Assembly (NCBI GenBank): GCA_021325135.1
Contig: JAJPHT010000029.1
Location: 96,001 to 160,000 of the forward strand
From: Pseudomonadota bacterium
GTDB taxonomy: Archaea > Thermoplasmatota > SW-10-69-26 > JACQPN01 > JAJPHT01
Reading direction: 5' to 3'
DNA: 64,000 bases
The translations under genes and the position numbers were made by a program. Of the stretch, positions 58,881 to 64,000 are shown one piece after another. The notes under the pieces were generated by a model, which saw only the letters and a list, made by a program, of their open reading frames with translations, made no database searches and had not been told where the DNA came from. Positions within the stretch are counted from its first letter, which is position 1; each line of letters begins with the position of its first letter.

Positions 58881-59390
58881 ATGGCAAAGGGTCTCTGGCC
58901 TGTCATCAACGTCTCCGACGTCGCCAAGTCCGTGGAGTTCTACAAGGGGCTGGGCCTCAAGGCGCGCCTCGACAAGACGAGCATGGGCCCCGAGATGGCC
59001 TTCGGCACCCTCGACCTGGGCGACGCGGGCATCATCATCTGGGACAAGCACGCCGTGCCCCCCGACCAGGCCGAGGACACCAAGGCGTGGGTCACCGGCG
59101 AGCTTGGCAAGGGCGTCCTCTTCACCATCGGCGTCCCCAACGCGCAGAAGGCGTGGGCCAACGCCCAGAAGATCCGCGCCGAGGTCGACGTCCCCCTGGA
59201 GGCCCAGCCCTGGGGCGGCCACGCCTTCAACGTCGTCGACCCCGACGGCTACGTCCTGAGCATCACCGACAAGTTCCCCGACATGGAGCCCCCGAAGAAG
59301 CGCAGCGCCAAGAAGCGCGCCGCGAAAAAGGGCGCGGCCAAGAAGGGCGCGAAGACGAGCGCCAAGAAGGCGAAGGGGAAGCGGAGGTAA
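58881..59390 (+). CDS. VOC/glyoxalase family protein with Lys-rich tail
   Basis: VSDVAKSVEFY..LG, QPWG..F.VVDPDGY. Confidence 0.88.
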   Translation: MAKGLWPVINVSDVAKSVEFYKGLGLKARLDKTSMGPEMAFGTLDLGDAGIIIWDKHAVPPDQAEDTKAWVTGELGKGVLFTIGVPNAQKAWANAQKIRAEVDVPLEAQPWGGHAFNVVDPDGYVLSITDKFPDMEPPKKRSAKKRAAKKGAAKKGAKTSAKKAKGKRR

Positions 59391-59396
59391 CGCCCC

Positions 59397-59834
59397 TCAA
59401 CGGCCGGACGCGTTCAGCTCCGCCGCCGCGCGCACGAGGGCCTTGAAGGCCGTCTCGTCGATCTCGTCCCCCTCGCGCAGGTCGATGGCGCGCCTCAGGC
59501 CCCCTTCGAGGCCCGAGTTGAAGAGGCGCGCCGGATCGGGGACGAAGGCGCCCTTGGCGAAGGTGAGCTTGACGTGGTCCTTGTAGACCTCGCCGGTGCA
59601 GAGGATCCCGTCGTGCGACCACACCGGGACCCCATCGGGGTTGGAGGGCTTCCTCCACTTCACCTCCTCCACGGCGCTGGGATCGGCCTCGCGGATGAGG
59701 CGGCGCAAGCGGTCGAGCCGCTGGGCGCGCCAATCGCCACCGGCGCCGCGGGCGGCCTTGGCGGCCTTCTTCGCGGGCGCCTTCTTCGCCGGGGCCTTCT
59801 TCACGGCTTTCTTCGCGCTCTTCTTGGCGGCCAT
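59397..59834 (-). CDS. DUF1801 (YdhG-like) protein with Lys/Ala-rich N-terminal tail
   Basis: EEVKW, PVWSHDG, KLTFAKGA..DP..LFN. Confidence 0.85.
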   Translation of the reverse strand: MAAKKSAKKAVKKAPAKKAPAKKAAKAARGAGGDWRAQRLDRLRRLIREADPSAVEEVKWRKPSNPDGVPVWSHDGILCTGEVYKDHVKLTFAKGAFVPDPARLFNSGLEGGLRRAIDLREGDEIDETAFKALVRAAAELNASGR

Positions 59835-59977
59835 CGCGCGCGCAACGCCGGGGCGGCGCTTGAATCGAACGCTCCAGCAGAGGACCATGCGCGGTAGCGG
59901 GGGACGAGACGGGGGTTGGCTTGAACGGAGCGAAAAAAAATCGATTCCGTTCGCGAATTCAGGCCGGAGCAGGAGAG

Positions 59978-61228
59978 TGCGCCCGCCGGGATTCGAACCC
60001 GAGTCCCGAGGAGAATCGCAGAGAGTGAGGCCCGAAACCGGCGTCACTCTCCAATCGCTCGATGCTCCGGGCCACCGCGTGACTGCGTGCGGTCCGGACC
60101 CTCCCGTTTCGTCTCCGTGTCCTTTCGGGGCGCCTGGGTCGAGCCTCAAGCGACGAGACGATTCTCCTCAGTCGTGTACCGCTCGACGCCCCTTGCCGAG
60201 ATTTCCGTCGACCTTCGGTTCCCGCTGAGAGGCCGTCCGATCGTTGGTCCTGTGAAAACACGGATCGTTGACCACGTCGGGTGGGACATTGGACCGTGAA
60301 GCGGCCTCGACTACTTCGAGAGCCAGCCCGTGAAGAAGTCCCAAATCGACTTCGCGGTCTGCAAATCGCCGACGACGCCGAGGGCGAATACGATGACGCC
60401 CCCCGCGGTCACGAGAACGACCAGGGGCCAGAAGAGACCGTACTTGAACATCCGACCGCGGTACGCGCGGGGGAAGGCGTTGATGACCCGAGTTGTAGTC
60501 CGGACCATGCGTCGACCGTGGACCGCGCGCCCATGAACGTTTCGGGGAGTGCCCCAAACGTGCCCCCGATTTCCCGTGCGACCTATGGAGGGCAAAGGGG
60601 ATGCGTCCAGAACTCAGGCCCCGGTCGGCGGGGCATCCGGCGAGAAAGGGGGTGCGTCAAAAACGGCTTGGCCGATTTCGTCTATAGACGGATGCTGACA
60701 AGAAGGATTACGTCATCGAGTGGCGTCGCTACTGCGGTGCGCTCCGGTCCTCGCCCGCGCAAGCAACGCGGACGACGGCCGGCCGCGCGCAAGCTCGCCG
60801 GGGAGACCAAGGACTCGCGGCCCAAGGTCTCCCCGGCGCGCGGCGCTCAAGGGCGCGAGCCGATGCTCACAGGGCCGCCTTTGGCCCGGGCGCCTGCGGA
60901 GGATAGGTTCTGCTTAGGCGCTCGGTTGGTCCGCCGCGTCCGGCCCCCCGTCGGGTGTCGGATTCCCACCGTCCGGCGGGGTGGGCTCGCTTCGAACCAC
61001 CGTCAGCGCGTGGCTCTCGCAGTCCAAGACCACATCCGTGAACCGCGCAGCCTGCTCGAAGGCGCTCTTCTACATCGCAAAGGTTGGACGCAAAGTCGCT
61101 CCTGCGGGGGAGCGGCCACCGCTGCCGCAGGTGTGACAGATGGTCAAGACGTTACATGCCGAAAACGCGGCTTGACCCATCCGGGGTCCGCCGTAATTTG
61201 GCTATGCGCCCGCCGGGATTCGAACCCG
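59978..61228. mobile_element. Remnant island at tRNA-Gly flanked by 24-bp att-like direct repeats
   Basis: TGCGCCCGCCGGGATTCGAACCCG at 59978-60001 and 61205-61228; interior lower in GC; no integrase seen. Confidence 0.75.
60311..60451 (-). CDS. Possible 46-aa single-TM peptide within the island
   Basis: MFKYGLFWPLVVLVTAGGVIVFALGVVGDLQTAKSIWDFFTGWLSK. Confidence 0.35.
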   Translation of the reverse strand: MFKYGLFWPLVVLVTAGGVIVFALGVVGDLQTAKSIWDFFTGWLSK

Positions 61229-61275
61229 GGCGAGAAGCTTGGAAGGCTTCCATGATACCGCTTCATCACGGGCGC
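61205..61275 (-). tRNA. tRNA-Gly(TCC), intronless, CCA not encoded
   Basis: Acceptor stem GCGCCCG/CGGGCGC-A, anticodon arm GAAGC-CTTCCAA-GCTTC, T-arm GGTTCGAATCC. Confidence 0.95.
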
Positions 61276-61515
61276 GCGTGACGATCCCCCAAGGGGGCTG
61301 GCCGCGGCGATGGGGGTCCCCTCCTTTCAACGTTGGGGAAGCGTGGCCTCTTTTCGCGCCCCGTTCCGTCGCGTCGTGGCGCCGTGGCGTCGTCTCGTTG
61401 AGTGGTGACAGAGGGGCCCCGTCCCGCGACCGGCGCGCAAGGGTTTGCCCCGCTGCAACTTCCTTGCGCCCCTCTTGGGTGATGGTCAAGCCCAGGAGCG
61501 CGCTAGGCGGGGCCC

Positions 61516-62412
61516 GTGAAAGGGTACGCCCGCAAGGTGCGCCGGGTCCTCGTGGTGGTGATGGCGGCGAACCTGGCCATCGCGGCGGGGAAGATCGTCA
61601 TCGGCAGCCTGGCGAACAGCCTCGCGGTGGTGGCGGACGGGCTGCACTCGGGCGTGGACGCGCTGGCCAACGCGGTGGCGCTGCTGATCCTGCGCTACTC
61701 GACGCGGCCCGCGGACGAGGATCACCCTTACGGGCACTCGAAGTACGAGACCATGGCGGCCTTCGCGCTGAGCGCCCTGCTGCTGCTCACGGCGTTCGAG
61801 CTGGGGCGGCAGGCCGTGGGGCGTATCGCGCATCCGGAGACGACGACGGTGAGCGCGCTCACGCTGGGCGTCATGGTGGTGACGGTGGCGGTGAACGTCG
61901 CGGTGGCGTGGTCGGAGCGGCGCGCGGGGCGGCGCTACGCCAGCGACGTGCTCCTCGCGGACGCGGCGCAGACGAGGGCGGACGTCTTCGTCTCCCTGGC
62001 CGTGCTCGCGGGGCTCGCGCTCCACCGCCTGGAGATCCCGGGGCTGGACCCGATCCTCGACCCGCTGCTGGCGCTGGGCGTGTCGCTGTTCATCGCGTAT
62101 GCCGCGTATGCGGTGTTCCGCGACGTGCTGCCCATCCTCACGGACCGCATCGCGTTCGATCCCGGGCAGATCGCCGCGCTGGTGCGCCAGGTGCCGGGCG
62201 TGCGCAGCGTGCACGACATCCGCAGCCGCGGCCCCGCGCGGGAGGCCTACGTGCAGATGCATCTCGTGGTGGACCCGGCGGACGTGGAGGGCGCGCACGC
62301 CATCGCAGACGAGGTGGAGCGCCGCCTCGCGGAGTCGTTGGGCGTCAAGGAGACGTTCGTGCACATCGAGCCCCACGACGACGCGTCGGGGCCGCCCGGC
62401 ACGCGGGGATGA
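61516..62412 (+). CDS. Cation diffusion facilitator (FieF-like)
   Basis: ADGLHSGVD, PADEDHPYGH.K.E, HIEP. Confidence 0.93.
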   Translation: MKGYARKVRRVLVVVMAANLAIAAGKIVIGSLANSLAVVADGLHSGVDALANAVALLILRYSTRPADEDHPYGHSKYETMAAFALSALLLLTAFELGRQAVGRIAHPETTTVSALTLGVMVVTVAVNVAVAWSERRAGRRYASDVLLADAAQTRADVFVSLAVLAGLALHRLEIPGLDPILDPLLALGVSLFIAYAAYAVFRDVLPILTDRIAFDPGQIAALVRQVPGVRSVHDIRSRGPAREAYVQMHLVVDPADVEGAHAIADEVERRLAESLGVKETFVHIEPHDDASGPPGTRG

Positions 62413-62477
62413 AAGCCCCGCGGATTGGGCAAGGGTTAAGGCAGCCGCCCCCGGTCGGCCTGCCAGGTGTTGCATCG

Positions 62478-63809
62478 TTGACGGGGGCCGCTGAAGCGCC
62501 GGACGCGAGCCAGAAGCTCCGCCTCGTGCTGGACTACCTGCCCTGCGAGGCGTGCCTCGCGCAGCCCGTGAAGGACCAGGACCTCCTCTGCTCGGTGTGC
62601 CACCGCCTGCACCGCCAGGTGTCGGTCCGCGTCGCGACGCGCACCACCGTCATCGTGGAGCGCCCGGACCTCCCCGCGCCCGCCGCTCCCGTGGTGATCC
62701 CGCCCGCCGCGCCGGAGACGCCCATGGTGGAGGTCGCCCCCCCGCCGCCCGAGGCCCCGCCCGCTCCGCCTCCGCTTCCCGAGCTGGAGGTCGTGACCGA
62801 GCCCTTCGAGGAGCCTGCGCCGCCCGCCCCCGAGCCGGAGCCCGTCCCCGCCGTGGAGATGCAGGACGAGCCGGAGCCCGAGGAGCCCGCCAGGAAGCGC
62901 TTCGGCCTCTTCCGCAGGAAGCCCGCGGAGCCCGAGCCCGCGCCGGAGGAGCCCACGTTCGACGACGTCGCGGGCTTCGAGCCCACCGAGGAGGGGTTCG
63001 GCGTCGCGCGCGGCGAGCCCGAGTTCGCTCCCGAGGACGTGGTCGAGGTGGCGCACGAGGAGCCGCCCGCCCCCGAGCCGGAGCCGCAGCCCGAGCCCGA
63101 GGTGCTGGCGGAGTCCGAGCCCGAGGTGGAGTCCGACTTCATCTTCCGCCCCCCCGAGGAGGAGCCGGAGCCCGCGTACACGGAGCCCGCCTACGAGGAG
63201 CCCGAGCCCGTGGAGGAGATCGCGCTGGAGCCCGAGCCGGGCGAGACCTACGAGCCCTCCCCGTGGGCGCCCCGCGAGGAGGAGGTCCTCCCCGAGGAGC
63301 CGGAGCCGCAGCCCGAGTGGGCGCCGCCTCCCGAGCCCGAGGAGGAGGTCGTGGAGATGGAGGTGCTTCCCGACGAGGAGGAGGTGCTGGAGGCCGAGAT
63401 CGTCGAGGAGGAGGTGATCCCGGCGGAGGTGCTCGAAGAGGAGATCACCCCCGCAGCGGAGCCCTCGTCGGACCTTTACCGCCTACGCGGCTTCGCTCCC
63501 GACCACGAGGAGGCGCTGCGCGCGGTGGGCGTCGACAGCCTGGCGAGCCTCGCGGGGCACGACCCCAACGAGCTTGCAGGGCGCTCGGGCCTGCCTGCGG
63601 AGACCCTGGCGTTGTGGGTGCAGGTGGCGGACCTCGTGCACGAGGTGGGCGTGCCCATCGACAGCGCGTCTGCCCTGGTGGCGGCGGGCATCGCAGGCCC
63701 CCGCGGCCTGCGCGACGCGACGGAGGAGGAGATCCTCGATCGCGTCGAGGCGTTTGGCGGGTTGCGCTTGTCCGGGCGCGACGTGAAGCGGTGGAAGCGC
63801 CGGGCGTAG
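62478..63809 (+). CDS. Acidic Pro/Glu-rich protein with N-terminal Zn finger and C-terminal DUF4332/HhH-like domain
   Basis: CEAC...CSVC; long EP-rich linker; LRAVGVDSLASLA, LVAAGI; start may be 62409. Confidence 0.7.
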   Translation: MTGAAEAPDASQKLRLVLDYLPCEACLAQPVKDQDLLCSVCHRLHRQVSVRVATRTTVIVERPDLPAPAAPVVIPPAAPETPMVEVAPPPPEAPPAPPPLPELEVVTEPFEEPAPPAPEPEPVPAVEMQDEPEPEEPARKRFGLFRRKPAEPEPAPEEPTFDDVAGFEPTEEGFGVARGEPEFAPEDVVEVAHEEPPAPEPEPQPEPEVLAESEPEVESDFIFRPPEEEPEPAYTEPAYEEPEPVEEIALEPEPGETYEPSPWAPREEEVLPEEPEPQPEWAPPPEPEEEVVEMEVLPDEEEVLEAEIVEEEVIPAEVLEEEITPAAEPSSDLYRLRGFAPDHEEALRAVGVDSLASLAGHDPNELAGRSGLPAETLALWVQVADLVHEVGVPIDSASALVAAGIAGPRGLRDATEEEILDRVEAFGGLRLSGRDVKRWKRRA

Positions 63810-63816
63810 GTGCCGC

Positions 63817-64000
63817 ATGCGTGGCTGGATCGACGAGGCGCGCGACCATGTCCGCGCGATTCTCGGCGCCGCCCTCCTTGCCGCCAATCCGCAGACCGTC
63901 ATGCGCTCGGTGCGCCGCGACGGCGACGACCTGCTTCTTCCCGACGGATCGAGCGTCCGCCTTGCCGGCCGAGCCGTGCGCTGCCTCGCGGTGGGCAAGG
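63817..64000 (+). CDS. Probable glycerate 2-kinase (DUF4147/MOFRL), 5' part only
   Basis: MRGWIDEARDHVRAILGAALLAANP...VRCLAVGK; truncated by the window edge. Confidence 0.6.
   Translation, partial: MRGWIDEARDHVRAILGAALLAANPQTVMRSVRRDGDDLLLPDGSSVRLAGRAVRCLAVGK

Noticed and set aside
59978-60050. Second tRNA gene
   Set aside because: Only the 24-bp T-arm/acceptor end matches; there is no anticodon or D arm. Treated as an att repeat.

Overview
64 kb of very GC-rich DNA (roughly 70%+ by eye) from an archaeon. It carries TBP, archaeal SepF, ZPR1, an Sm-like protein and PurP alongside bacterial-type UvrA, PurU and two-component genes, a mix that suggests a high-GC Thermoplasmatota-type euryarchaeon (inference). 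Most of the window is housekeeping, repair and metabolic genes, interleaved with many secreted, often Cys-rich orphan proteins. The strongest candidate for a new system is 24046-27709: an ABC-2 exporter pair, a 252-aa protein with an NHLP-leader-like motif, a Gly-Gly site and a Val/Ala-rich core, and a radical SAM enzyme with the motif layout of the EpeE/YydG peptide epimerase. This would be an archaeal D-amino-acid RiPP (epipeptide/proteusin-like) cluster. Other highlights: a secreted repeat protein with constant strands and hypervariable Cys-bounded loops; a membrane protein with a metallothionein-like insert (21 Cys in 56 aa); a SMUG1-type glycosylase next to tandem MidA methyltransferases; palindromic or helically phased operator-like arrays upstream of sepF and at 43.5 kb; a REP-like family; att-like scars at tRNA-Gly and at the 3' end of tbp; and a usp gene frameshifted in a C10 tract. 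All assignments come from motif recognition by eye. No searches were run, and many start codons are best guesses.
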